A DNA stretch of 64,000 nucleotides from Abditibacterium sp. (GTDB taxonomy: Bacteria > Armatimonadota > Abditibacteriia > Abditibacteriales > Abditibacteriaceae): assembly GCA_965199495.1 (NCBI GenBank), contig CBDASK010000003.1, positions 1,536,001 through 1,600,000 on the forward strand. Direction: 5' to 3'. A program made the position numbers and the translations under genes. Below are positions 19,253-28,414 of this stretch, one piece after another. The notes beneath the pieces were generated by a model. The model saw nothing but the letters and a program-made list of their open reading frames with translations, was not told where the DNA came from and ran no database searches. The number at the start of each line of letters is the position of its first letter. Within the stretch, counting starts at the first letter, position 1.

Positions 19253-19825
19253 ATGAACGAATCATTTTTTCAGGTGCTCCAACGTGCGCGCGAATCGCAA
19301 TCGTTGGTCGCCATTTATACCAACGTGGACTCGCCGCGCGCGTTTTTGGCCGGTTGGGTCGAGGCCGTCACGCAGGAACACGTCGTAATGCGCCATCTTT
19401 CGCCCGAAGGTCGCTATGACGGCTACGTTTTGAAATACGTGGACTCGATTTTTCGAGTGGACGCCGAAGGCCGCTATATCGAGCGCTTGCAGTTTTTGTA
19501 TAACGCGCGCAATCAAGAATTTCCCGCGCGCCTGATTGGCGGCGACGTGGCTGAAGATGCGAGCCTGATTCCCGAAATGCTATCGGCGGCGCAAAACGAG
19601 GGCATGATGGTTTCCATCGAAGTCGCTGCCGACGACATGGAAAACGGCGTCGTGCGCGATGTCGGTTTCGATACGGTTCTGCTCGAAGTTTACGATTACT
19701 TCGGCGCCATCGACCGCGAAGCGACGATTCATCTTGAAGCGATTTCGGAAGTGCGCGTGGATTCGGAACGTTTGCAATCGTTGAAAATGTTGTCCAACTG
19801 GCATCAGTTGCCGGGGCTTGAATAA
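19253..19825 (+). CDS. Hypothetical protein
   Basis: 190-aa ORF with host-like codon usage. Confidence 0.7.
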   Translation: MNESFFQVLQRARESQSLVAIYTNVDSPRAFLAGWVEAVTQEHVVMRHLSPEGRYDGYVLKYVDSIFRVDAEGRYIERLQFLYNARNQEFPARLIGGDVAEDASLIPEMLSAAQNEGMMVSIEVAADDMENGVVRDVGFDTVLLEVYDYFGAIDREATIHLEAISEVRVDSERLQSLKMLSNWHQLPGLE

Positions 19826-19832
19826 CGATTTT

Positions 19833-19977
19833 TAGCCACAGAGGGCACGGAGAACGCACAGAGGGGCACAGAAAGAAAAAAGCAATTTAGATTACGAAGA
19901 ACTATTCGAGCGATTGACTTCTAAATTCTTCGTTCTTTCTGTGCCCCTCTGTGTGTTCTCTGCGAACTCTGTGGCTA
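19833..19977. repeat. TAGCCACAGAG-type intergenic palindrome
   Basis: TAGCCACAGAG..CACAGAGGGGCACAGAAAGAA ... TTCTTTCTGTGCCCCTCTGTG..CTCTGTGGCTA. Confidence 0.88.
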
Positions 19978-19988
19978 TTCCCCAAATC

Positions 19989-20705
19989 ATGAATTTTGAA
20001 ATTATTCCCGCCATTGATATTCGCGGCGGCCAATGTGTGCGCCTGATTCAAGGCGATTACAATCAAGAAACCGTCTACGGCGATGATCCGCTTCAGATGG
20101 CTCACAAATGGGCTGACGAAGGAGCCACGCGCATTCACATTGTGGATTTGGACGGCGCGCGCGATGGAAATAGCGGCAATTTGGAAATTATTTCCAAGAT
20201 TGCCAGCGAAATTAAAGTGCCGATTCAAGTCGGCGGCGGCATTCGCACGCACGATACTTTGGACGCGCTATTAGATGCGGGCGTGCAGCGCTGCATTCTG
20301 GGCACCAAAGCGGCGCAGGACACGCGCTGGGCTGAAGAGACTTTCGCAATTTACGCCGATGCCGTAATTTTGGGCATTGACGCGCGCGAAGGCAAAGTCG
20401 CGGTGAGCGGTTGGCAAGAAACTTCGGGCGCCGATGCGGTTGGTTTCGCGCGTTATATGGAAGAGGCCGGTTGTATGCGGATTATTTTCACCGACATCGC
20501 GCGCGACGGAATGCTGAGCGGGCCGAATTTGGACGCGATGCGCGCGATGGCCCAAGCGGTCGAAATCCCGGTTATCGCGTCGGGCGGTTTGAGCAATGCG
20601 GGCGACGTGGCTACCTTACGCGGCATTGATGGTTTGGAAGGCGTAATTACCGGCAAGGCGTTGTATGCGGGGAATGTGACGCTGAAAGATTTGCTGGCGG
20701 GTTGA
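19989..20705 (+). CDS. hisA: ProFAR isomerase
   Basis: IIPAIDIRGGQCVRL.QGDY, HIVDLDGA, QVGGGIR, TDIARDGMLSG. Confidence 0.95.
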   Translation: MNFEIIPAIDIRGGQCVRLIQGDYNQETVYGDDPLQMAHKWADEGATRIHIVDLDGARDGNSGNLEIISKIASEIKVPIQVGGGIRTHDTLDALLDAGVQRCILGTKAAQDTRWAEETFAIYADAVILGIDAREGKVAVSGWQETSGADAVGFARYMEEAGCMRIIFTDIARDGMLSGPNLDAMRAMAQAVEIPVIASGGLSNAGDVATLRGIDGLEGVITGKALYAGNVTLKDLLAG

Positions 20706-20706
20706 G

Positions 20707-20856
20707 CGTTTTACCCTCTCCCGGAGGGAGAAGGAACTACTTTTCGGAAAACAGAAGTTCGTCTAACTGACTTATTAAGTCAGTTGAAGCGACTTATAAA
20801 CCTCCGAAAATTAGTTCCTTCTCCCTCCGGGAGAGGGTTAGGGTGAGGGTAAAACG
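20707..20856. repeat. REP-like palindrome (CCCTCTCCC / GGGAGAGGG type)
   Basis: ACCCTCTCCCGGAGGGAGAAGGAACTA ... TAGTTCCTTCTCCCTCCGGGAGAGGGT, with an inner hairpin. Confidence 0.85.
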
Positions 20857-20865
20857 CCGAAAATT

Positions 20866-21834
20866 TTAATACGGCCCGCGAATCCACTGCGCCACATTCG
20901 ACTGATACCAATCGCTCAACTTCGCGTGAGCTTCATCGCCCAGCGGCGCCAAATCCGCCGCGCCCGCGTTCGATTCGACCTGACTGACTTTGCTGGCGCC
21001 GGTAATTATCGTCGTTACTGCGTCGTAATCTAAAATCCAACGCTGCGCCCATTGCGACATCGACGTATTTTCGGGCACGAAAAGTTTGAGTTCGTCGGCC
21101 AGTTCGACACCTTTCTCGAACGGCAAACCGGCGAAAGTTTCGCCAACGTTGAAACTGTCGCCATCGCGGTTAAAATTGCGATGGTCATCTTTATCGAACG
21201 TCGTTTCTTTCGTCATTTTGCCCGACAACAATCCGCTCGCGAGGGGCAAACGAATAATCAAACCGACGTTTTTGGCTTTAGCTTTCTCAAATAAATCGTC
21301 AATCGGCTTCTGGCGAAAAACGTTGAAGATGATTTGCAACGAACTCAAACCTTCGTGTTGCAAACAAATGTGCGCCTCTTCCATTGATTCGACGCTGGCG
21401 CCAAATCGCTGGATTTTGCCTTCGGTTTTCAAAGTTCGCAGATGATCGAAAACTTCGCCGCGCCGCAAATCTTGCGTCGGGATGCAGTGCAGTTGCGTCA
21501 AATCGAGCGATTCGACGCCCAGATTTTGGAGCGATTGTTCGGTCGCGCCGCGCAAACCTTCCAAAGTTAATTCTTCGCCGCCGCGCCCCAGTTTGGTGGC
21601 GACGAACGGCTTCGCGCCGCTCTCTTTCAGAAAGCGCCCGATGAGTTTCTCGCTTTTACCGCCACCGTAAACGTTGGCGGTATCGAACATCGTCACGCCG
21701 TTTTCGTGGGCGGCGCGCAAAATTTCGAGCGCTTCGTCTTCGGAAACTTCGCCCCAACTGCCACCGATTTGCCAGGTGCCCAGTCCGACTTCGCTAACAG
21801 CCACGCCGGAGGAATCTAATTTTCGGGTATTCAT
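20866..21834 (-). CDS. Aldo/keto reductase
   Basis: VSEVGLGTWQIG, FDTANVYG.G.SE, ATK. ATG start at MNTRK. Confidence 0.92.
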   Translation of the reverse strand: MNTRKLDSSGVAVSEVGLGTWQIGGSWGEVSEDEALEILRAAHENGVTMFDTANVYGGGKSEKLIGRFLKESGAKPFVATKLGRGGEELTLEGLRGATEQSLQNLGVESLDLTQLHCIPTQDLRRGEVFDHLRTLKTEGKIQRFGASVESMEEAHICLQHEGLSSLQIIFNVFRQKPIDDLFEKAKAKNVGLIIRLPLASGLLSGKMTKETTFDKDDHRNFNRDGDSFNVGETFAGLPFEKGVELADELKLFVPENTSMSQWAQRWILDYDAVTTIITGASKVSQVESNAGAADLAPLGDEAHAKLSDWYQSNVAQWIRGPY

Positions 21835-21888
21835 AATCGCGCTCGATATTGCAATCTCGGCACCCAAAACGCAATATATTTTGGTTCT

Positions 21889-22308
21889 ATGATTTCTTCC
21901 ATCGGCCACGCCGCCTACGATTGCTACAAATTCGACGCAACGCTCGACTTTTACACGCGCGTTCTGGGATTCGACAAAATGTTCGAGCTGCATAACGACG
22001 AAGGAAAACTCTGGATCGTTTATCTGCGCGTCAACGACAACGCTTACATCGAACTGTTTCCGCGCGTTGGCGAAGCGCCCGCCAAATCGGGTTCGTATTC
22101 GCATTTGTGCTTGGAAGTCACCGACATCGAGAACACTTTCGCCAGCGTCGTCGAGCGCGGCGCGCCGGTTGATGCTCAGGTCAAAACCGGCAAAGACGGC
22201 AACCGTCAGGCGTGGACGCACGATCCCGAAGGCAATCGCATCGAGTTCATGGAAATGGCGCCCGATTCGCTGCAACGAAAAGCGATTGAGCGGCTCAAAA
22301 ATGCGTGA
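21889..22308 (+). CDS. VOC/glyoxalase family protein
   Basis: IGHAA..FYTRVLG, HLCLEV, DPEGNRIE. Confidence 0.9.
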   Translation: MISSIGHAAYDCYKFDATLDFYTRVLGFDKMFELHNDEGKLWIVYLRVNDNAYIELFPRVGEAPAKSGSYSHLCLEVTDIENTFASVVERGAPVDAQVKTGKDGNRQAWTHDPEGNRIEFMEMAPDSLQRKAIERLKNA

Positions 22309-23450
22309 ATTTTAAACTCCAAGCTGTTCTGATGCTGACGCTGGCACTGGCTTGTGGCGGCGCTTTGCCCGTATCGGCGCGCGTGATGACGCCGACCGAA
22401 TTTGGCGCGACGGGAGACGGGCAAACCGACGACGGCCCCGCGCTCCAACGCGCTTTGGATTCGCTCAAGAACGGCGATGTTTTGCAAATCCCGGCGGGCC
22501 AAACTTACCGTCACGGCGACGTTTTGACGATTCGGGTTACGGGCGCGCACTTGCAGGGGCCGGGCACCTTGCTGGCGACGCAAGAAGAACATTGTGCGCT
22601 CTCCATTGACGCCGATAACGTGCTTGTTGACGGCGGATTAGAGCTGAAAATCGCCCAGACTTCGCGGCGTTGGAGCGCGCCCGCGCAGAACAATTTGAAT
22701 TTGCTCGCTCACAAAGGCATCGTGGTGCGCGACGTTTTCGTGGACGGAGCGGGCGCGGCGGGCGTGTTTATTTACGGCGCGTCCAATTACCTCATCGAGA
22801 ACGTGACGGTGCAAAACACGCGTGCCGATGGGATTCATCAAACGCACGGCGCGCACGACGGAATTATACGCCGCGCGGTTGTTCGTAACGTCGGCGACGA
22901 CGGCATCGCGGTCGTTTCCTACGGCGCCGATGGCGCGCCTTGCCACGATATTACAATTGAATCGCCGCGTTTTATTGGCAACAAATGGGGACGCGGTTTC
23001 AGCGTCGTGGGCGGCGATGACATCACGTTTCGCGATATTTACGCCGAAAATTCCAATGCCGCCGCGCTCTACCTTACCTGCGAGGGCGCGCCGTGGAATA
23101 CCGCGCCGACGCGCCGCGTGCGCGTGTTGGGCGGCGAGTTGAAACGTTCCAATCAAAGCGACACGGTTGATCACGGCGCGGTTTTGATTTACAATGCGCG
23201 CCCCAATTTTACTATCGAAGACGTGACGATTGAGGACTTGCAAATCAGCGAGACCAATCCCAAAGCCTCGCGCCAAGTCGGGATTTTGGTCGGCAAAAGT
23301 GGCGGCGTCAAAAATATAGAGTTGAGCGACCTGAGAATTAGCGGCGGGCCAGCGAACCTCTTCGTTTCCGATGCGCCCGCCGCCAGTTATGTGACGAAAA
23401 ACTGGACGTTTAACGGCGCGGCTCAAGCCAACCACGAAGTTGCGCAGTAA
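22305..23450 (+). CDS. Secreted right-handed beta-helix (pectin-lyase fold) protein
   Basis: Signal peptide; FGATGDGQTDD..ALQRA; ADGIH; GDDGIA. Confidence 0.85.
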   Translation: MNFKLQAVLMLTLALACGGALPVSARVMTPTEFGATGDGQTDDGPALQRALDSLKNGDVLQIPAGQTYRHGDVLTIRVTGAHLQGPGTLLATQEEHCALSIDADNVLVDGGLELKIAQTSRRWSAPAQNNLNLLAHKGIVVRDVFVDGAGAAGVFIYGASNYLIENVTVQNTRADGIHQTHGAHDGIIRRAVVRNVGDDGIAVVSYGADGAPCHDITIESPRFIGNKWGRGFSVVGGDDITFRDIYAENSNAAALYLTCEGAPWNTAPTRRVRVLGGELKRSNQSDTVDHGAVLIYNARPNFTIEDVTIEDLQISETNPKASRQVGILVGKSGGVKNIELSDLRISGGPANLFVSDAPAASYVTKNWTFNGAAQANHEVAQ

Positions 23451-23452
23451 GG

Positions 23453-24670
23453 TCAATTGTAAACTCGCGCCGGACGCGCTTGTTTTTCCCACGCCGCCGC
23501 GTCGCCGTTCCAGACTTGAAGCAAGCGGTCAATATTCGTGTTTTTCTGCATCAGCGCGCGCATTTGCGACGTGCCGCAGACCAAATCGAACATTTGGTTG
23601 TGGCTCGAACTGGCGAAGAAATTGATCTGCGGCGCGACTTTACGCGCGGCGGCCCATAGCTCGAAGTTGATGCGCGTCGAATCGGCGCGCGCCGGGTCGG
23701 CGACAATGAGTTGCGCGCCCTGACAAATTTTGCCCGCATAATGGCCTTTGCTCGGTTTCCACGAAACTGCTTGAAATTGCCAACCGGCGAGGTTACGTTT
23801 GTTCAGTTCGCGCACGAACGCGCGCGCGTCCAAACCGGGCGCGCCCGCCAGTTCAAACGGGCGCGACGTTCCAATTCCAATCGAAAGGCCGGGCAGTTCG
23901 CCTAAAATTCCGGTTGCGGCGTAGAAAAATGGCGAATCGGCGCGCGGAATGTTCGGACTCGACGGAATCCACGTCAAACCGGTGTCACGCCACGTCATGT
24001 CGCGTTGATAACCCCGCATCGGCACGACGCTTAGTTGGCAACTGTTGCCGCGCCGCGCATTGAGCCACCGCGCCAGTTCCCCCATCGTCAGGCCGTGGCG
24101 ATAGGGAATCGGATAGGGCGAAACAAACGAGGCTTTTTGCGCCAATCGGCCTTCGCTACGCGGCCCGACCGGATTGGGCCGATCCAAAATGACGTAGGGA
24201 ATGCGTTGCGCCGCGCACGCTTTCATGCACTCGCCCATCGTCGAAATGAAGGTATAAGAACGTGAGCCGATGTCCTGAATATCGAAAACTAGAACATCAA
24301 CGCCGCGCAGCATTCGCGGCGTCGGACGCCGCGTGCCGCCATAAAGCGAATAAACCGGCAAGCCGGTGGCTCTGTCGCGATAAGTTTTGACGCTCGCGCC
24401 CGCAGCCACGGCGCCGCGCACACCGTGTTCGGGCGCATAAAGCGCGACCAGTTTGACATTGGGCGCCGCGCGTAAAACGTCAATCGTGGCGCGCCCAGCG
24501 CGCGTCACGCCGGTTTGATTGGTCACCAAACCAACGCGTTTTCCGCTCAGAATATCGAAGTTATGTCCGGCCAAAACGTCAATGCCGGGCAAAACTTGCG
24601 CGTGAGCGGAGGGGGCACAGACGGCGAAAAGGAGCGTGAGAAAAAATGGAAGAAAATGGAAATTTCGCAT
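23453..24670 (-). CDS. DUF1343 / NamZ-family exo-beta-N-acetylmuramidase
   Basis: VGLVTNQTG, APEHG, FDIQDIGSRSYTFI, LDRPNP, RHGLTMGELA. Confidence 0.9.
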   Translation of the reverse strand: MRNFHFLPFFLTLLFAVCAPSAHAQVLPGIDVLAGHNFDILSGKRVGLVTNQTGVTRAGRATIDVLRAAPNVKLVALYAPEHGVRGAVAAGASVKTYRDRATGLPVYSLYGGTRRPTPRMLRGVDVLVFDIQDIGSRSYTFISTMGECMKACAAQRIPYVILDRPNPVGPRSEGRLAQKASFVSPYPIPYRHGLTMGELARWLNARRGNSCQLSVVPMRGYQRDMTWRDTGLTWIPSSPNIPRADSPFFYAATGILGELPGLSIGIGTSRPFELAGAPGLDARAFVRELNKRNLAGWQFQAVSWKPSKGHYAGKICQGAQLIVADPARADSTRINFELWAAARKVAPQINFFASSSHNQMFDLVCGTSQMRALMQKNTNIDRLLQVWNGDAAAWEKQARPARVYN

Positions 24671-24758
24671 AAACAACGGTGGGGAAGTTTAGGCGACTGA
24701 TTAAACTACGCGTTCAATTTGAATGGGATAATCTCGTGGAATGAACCTTTTTATCGGT

Positions 24759-25074
24759 ATGAAAACCTTGATTTCTACGTTCTGCTGTTTCGCTCTTTGT
24801 TGCGCTTCGGTGAGCGCCGCGCCCGCAAAAAAACGCTGTGGGAATATGCCACCGTTGATTTTGCTGCTTCACGATCTACAGGGAATACAAATTATCGTTA
24901 TGAGCAGAATTGATTCTGCCCGGCAAAAAAATTATTTTTATGGAAACCACAAATTCCAATACCGCCAATTATAAAAATTATCTTTTCAATCGAATGGGCG
25001 CGCAAGGCTGGGAATTGGCATTTGTTCCCGGCAAGCCAACCGAGAATATTTATATCTTCAAACGCCCAAAGTAA
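24759..25074 (+). pseudogene. Doubly frameshifted small secreted protein (DUF4177-like motifs)
   Basis: Signal peptide, WEY segment and MGAQGWEL..YIFKRPK segment lie in three different frames. Confidence 0.6.
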
Positions 25075-25105
25075 ATCATTTCATTCGCTAAACTAATCCG
25101 CAATT

Positions 25106-25861
25106 ATGCCCGCCAAACGAATCATTCCCGCGCTCGATATTAACGCGGGCCGCGTCGTCAAATGCGTTCAGTTCGAGAATATGCGCGACGCGGGCGACCC
25201 CATCGAACGCGCCGCGTTTTACGACGCGCAGGGCGCCGACGAACTGGTTTTTCTCGACATCACCGCCTCGCACGAAAAGCGCGGCATTATCTCCGACTTG
25301 GCCGCGCGCGTCTGTGAAGAGGCGTTTATTCCTTTCACCGTCGGCGGTGGCCTCAAATCAACCGACGAAATGGCGCAGATTTTGGCGGCGGGCGCCGACA
25401 AAATTTTCATCAACACATCGGCTTTCACCGATCCCGATCTAATCGAACGCGCCGCCAATCAGTTCGGCGTGCAGTGCGTCGTCGTGGCGATTGATGCCAA
25501 ACGCGACGGCGACAATTGGCAGGTTTGGTTGCACGGCGGGCGCACGCCGACGGGCCGCGACGCGATTGAGTGGGCGCGTGAGGCGCAAAGTCGCGGCGCG
25601 GGCGAAATTCTGCTCACTTCGATGGACGGCGATGGCACGCAAGCGGGCTACGATTTGGAACTCACGCGCGCCGTGGCTGATGCCGTCGGCGTGCCGGTTA
25701 TCGCGAGCGGCGGCGCGGGGAGCGTAGATCATATTTACGACGCGCTCACCATCGGCGGCGCTGAAGCCGCGCTTGTCGCCTCGATTGTGCATTACGGAAC
25801 TTATACGATTGGGCAAATCAAAACCGAATTGGCCGCGCGCGGCGTGGATGTGCGGCTTTAA
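25106..25861 (+). CDS. hisF: Imidazole glycerol phosphate synthase cyclase subunit
   Basis: [33 protein letters not shown]. Confidence 0.96.
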   Translation: MPAKRIIPALDINAGRVVKCVQFENMRDAGDPIERAAFYDAQGADELVFLDITASHEKRGIISDLAARVCEEAFIPFTVGGGLKSTDEMAQILAAGADKIFINTSAFTDPDLIERAANQFGVQCVVVAIDAKRDGDNWQVWLHGGRTPTGRDAIEWAREAQSRGAGEILLTSMDGDGTQAGYDLELTRAVADAVGVPVIASGGAGSVDHIYDALTIGGAEAALVASIVHYGTYTIGQIKTELAARGVDVRL

Positions 25862-25882
25862 AGTTCCAATTCGCGTAACGGC

Positions 25883-26149
25883 TTACCAAATATCGCTTTC
25901 TTCGGCATCGTATTTCGCTTGCAACGCGCGCTTTTCGCGCGCGGTTTCTGCCCTTTGTCGCCGCGCATCAACAAAGATAAAAGGCAGGAAAACGATCAAG
26001 CTAAGTAAAGGCATTAGCAACAAAAGTTTTGGCGCTCCAGTTATTAAAGGTGTGACCAACATGGACAGCACGGTCGAAATTGCCATCGGCCACAGAAAAA
26101 ACAGCGTTCTTTTTTTGGTTTTCTCCCACGCAATCGAATTATTTTTCAT
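25883..26149 (-). CDS. Small membrane protein
   Basis: Two hydrophobic helices; GGAGGA RBS upstream. Confidence 0.6.
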   Translation of the reverse strand: MKNNSIAWEKTKKRTLFFLWPMAISTVLSMLVTPLITGAPKLLLLMPLLSLIVFLPFIFVDARRQRAETAREKRALQAKYDAEESDIW

Positions 26150-26280
26150 TATTCCTCCATTTCAACGGGCGCCTTTGAAATTCAAAACATATGGAACTGA
26201 TGCAGAATTTCGCTCAAATTAGCGTTTCGCTATTGCCAATGCGCGCGCGAACTGCCAATATAAAGCGGATGTTGCAAGCG

Positions 26281-27279
26281 ATGAAAGCGAAAATTGACTG
26301 GTTTTTGACCGGCATGATCGCCGCGATAATTCTGGCGTGCCTGTTCCCGACGCCGGGCGCCAAAAGCGGATTTTTACATCCCGATATTTTGGTCAAAGTC
26401 GGCGTCGCGCTGATATTTTTCCTGCACGGCGTGGCGTTGTCGTTCGATAAGCTCAAAGCCGGAACGCTGCGTTGGCCGCTTCACCTCATCGTGCAAGTCG
26501 GCACGTTCGTCTTTTTTCCCCTTCTCGGCTGGCTGCTGCTCCAATTATTCGGGCGCTTTTTGCCCGCCGATTTGAACACCGGTTTTTTCTATTTGTGCGC
26601 TTTGCCTTCGACGGTTTCGTCGTCGGTCGCGATGACGGCGGCGGCGCGCGGCAACGTGCCAGTCGCGGTTTTCAACGCGACATTATCGAGCTTAATCGGC
26701 ATTTTCCTGACGCCTTTATGGATCGGTTTGGTCATCGGCACCCAAGGTGGATCGTTGCCCCTGGGCAAAGTCATTCTCGATTTGGTATTGTGGCTTTTGC
26801 TACCGCTCGTCGTCGGCCAACTGTCGCGTCCGTTTTTGGGCGCGTGGGCGCAAGCGCATAAATCTTTCATCAACAATGTGGATAAAGGCACGATTTTGCT
26901 GCTGGTCTACACCTCTTTTTGCGATTCGGTCGTGGACGGCGTGTGGACAAAAAATGGCGCCAACGTTTTGCTACCCGCATTCGTCGGCGCGATGGTTTTG
27001 TTCGTCATCGTTTTCTCTGCAATGCGCGCGTTTTGCGCCAAAGCGCATATTGCGCCCGACGATAGCGCCGCCGTAATTTTTTGCGGCACGAAGAAAACGT
27101 TGGCATCGGGCGTGCCGATGGCGCATTTGATTTTCGGCGCCAATCCGGGTTTAGGTCTGATTCTGTTGCCAATTTTGATTTATCATCCGTTGCAACTGGC
27201 GATTTGCGGCTGGCTGGCGTCGCGCTGGGCGCGCCGCGCCGATAGGCGTGAAGCGGCGTTGGCCGAAAGCGTAGTTTAA
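26281..27279 (+). CDS. Bile acid:sodium symporter (YfeH-like)
   Basis: LCALPSTVSSSV.MT..ARGN, FCGTKKTLASG.PMA, YHPLQL. Start uncertain. Confidence 0.88.
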   Translation: MKAKIDWFLTGMIAAIILACLFPTPGAKSGFLHPDILVKVGVALIFFLHGVALSFDKLKAGTLRWPLHLIVQVGTFVFFPLLGWLLLQLFGRFLPADLNTGFFYLCALPSTVSSSVAMTAAARGNVPVAVFNATLSSLIGIFLTPLWIGLVIGTQGGSLPLGKVILDLVLWLLLPLVVGQLSRPFLGAWAQAHKSFINNVDKGTILLLVYTSFCDSVVDGVWTKNGANVLLPAFVGAMVLFVIVFSAMRAFCAKAHIAPDDSAAVIFCGTKKTLASGVPMAHLIFGANPGLGLILLPILIYHPLQLAICGWLASRWARRADRREAALAESVV

Positions 27280-27881
27280 GTGGCGAAGTCGTAATCATAA
27301 TTCCGCTCGCGCGGCGTCACCAATCGCGCGAAATCGCCGCGCGCGTTTTCGCGCTGCGTCGTCACAAACGCGCTGATGTCCTCGATTTCGACAATCTCCT
27401 CGCGCGCATAACGGCGCAACGTTTCGCCGCGAAGTCCCAGCTGAACCGCGCGCCGTTCGCACTTGGCGCCGCTTGGGTCGTGATCGGGATCCCATTGCAG
27501 TCGCACCTCCGATGCAGCCACGGCGGCTTGCCAGTCGGCGTGGCTGCTGTAATTCGAGGCGTCGAAACTCGATGGAACAGCGGCTTTTAAGACTTCATTG
27601 AAGAACGCGCGCCGGATGCGAATGGCGAGCGTGACTTCCTGATTTTCTTTGGTGCCCCAGCCGCACCGATACATCATCCACAGAAAATTCGGCTTGAACC
27701 AACTCATGCGGTTTAAACTCCAATCGCCGCCCAAAGTGCCTTCGCGTGCTGCGAAGTGGCCGATGCTCGCATTGTAAGCCTGATAAACAATGACCGATTC
27801 GTCGTCGAATTGGGCGAGAATATGTTGGCCCTCGCGCGGCCAAATAGAGAGTTGCGATAGATAAGATTCAAAATTAATCAT
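27276..27881 (-). CDS. DUF4291 family protein
   Basis: VYQAY, RMSWFKPNFLWMMYRCGWG.K, VRLQWDPDHD. Confidence 0.88.
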   Translation of the reverse strand: MINFESYLSQLSIWPREGQHILAQFDDESVIVYQAYNASIGHFAAREGTLGGDWSLNRMSWFKPNFLWMMYRCGWGTKENQEVTLAIRIRRAFFNEVLKAAVPSSFDASNYSSHADWQAAVAASEVRLQWDPDHDPSGAKCERRAVQLGLRGETLRRYAREEIVEIEDISAFVTTQRENARGDFARLVTPRERNYDYDFAT

Positions 27882-27882
27882 T

Positions 27883-28263
27883 ATGTTTTACGAAGAACTC
27901 AAATACGATGACAACGGTTTAATTGCCGGTGTTTTTCAGGATTACCAGACCGGCGAAGTTTTAACTTTAGCATGGTTGAATAAGGAAGCCGTTCAGCAAA
28001 TGTGGGAAACCAAACGCGGCACGGTTTATCGCCGCTCGAAAGGGCGCGTGATGATCAAAGGCGAAGTTTCGGGCAACATCCAAATCGTCCACGAAATTCT
28101 GGCCGATTGCGACCGTGACGCTTTGGTCATCAAAATCGAGCAAGTCGGCGGCGCGGCCTGCCACAAAGGTTATCGCTCGTGCTTCTTCGATCAAGTGCAA
28201 GAAGACGGCGCGATGGAAGCGCAGGGCGAACCGTTATTCGATCCGGCGAAGGTTTACGGATAA
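27883..28263 (+). CDS. hisI: Phosphoribosyl-AMP cyclohydrolase
   Basis: KGEVSGN, DCDRD, ACHKGYRSCF. Confidence 0.93.
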   Translation: MFYEELKYDDNGLIAGVFQDYQTGEVLTLAWLNKEAVQQMWETKRGTVYRRSKGRVMIKGEVSGNIQIVHEILADCDRDALVIKIEQVGGAACHKGYRSCFFDQVQEDGAMEAQGEPLFDPAKVYG

Positions 28264-28265
28264 AA

Positions 28266-28414
28266 TTAGCCACAGAGATCACAGAGAACACGCAGAGGGA
28301 CACAGAGAGAACGAAGAAAATGAAAAGCAAAACCATAAAAATGGTTCGTTTCCATTTCATTTTCTTCGTTCTCTCTGTGTCCCTCTGCGTGTTCTCTGTG
28401 ATCTCTGTGGCTAA
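28266..28414. repeat. Second TAGCCACAGAG-type palindrome
   Basis: TTAGCCACAGAGATCACAGAGAACACGCAGAGGGACACAGAGAGAACGAAGAAAATGAAA and its reverse complement. Confidence 0.9.

Noticed and set aside
19914..22275. Long N-terminal extensions of hisA (19914) and the aldo/keto reductase (22275)
   Set aside because: The extensions run through a repeat or the opposite-strand VOC gene; family motifs begin at the downstream ATGs.
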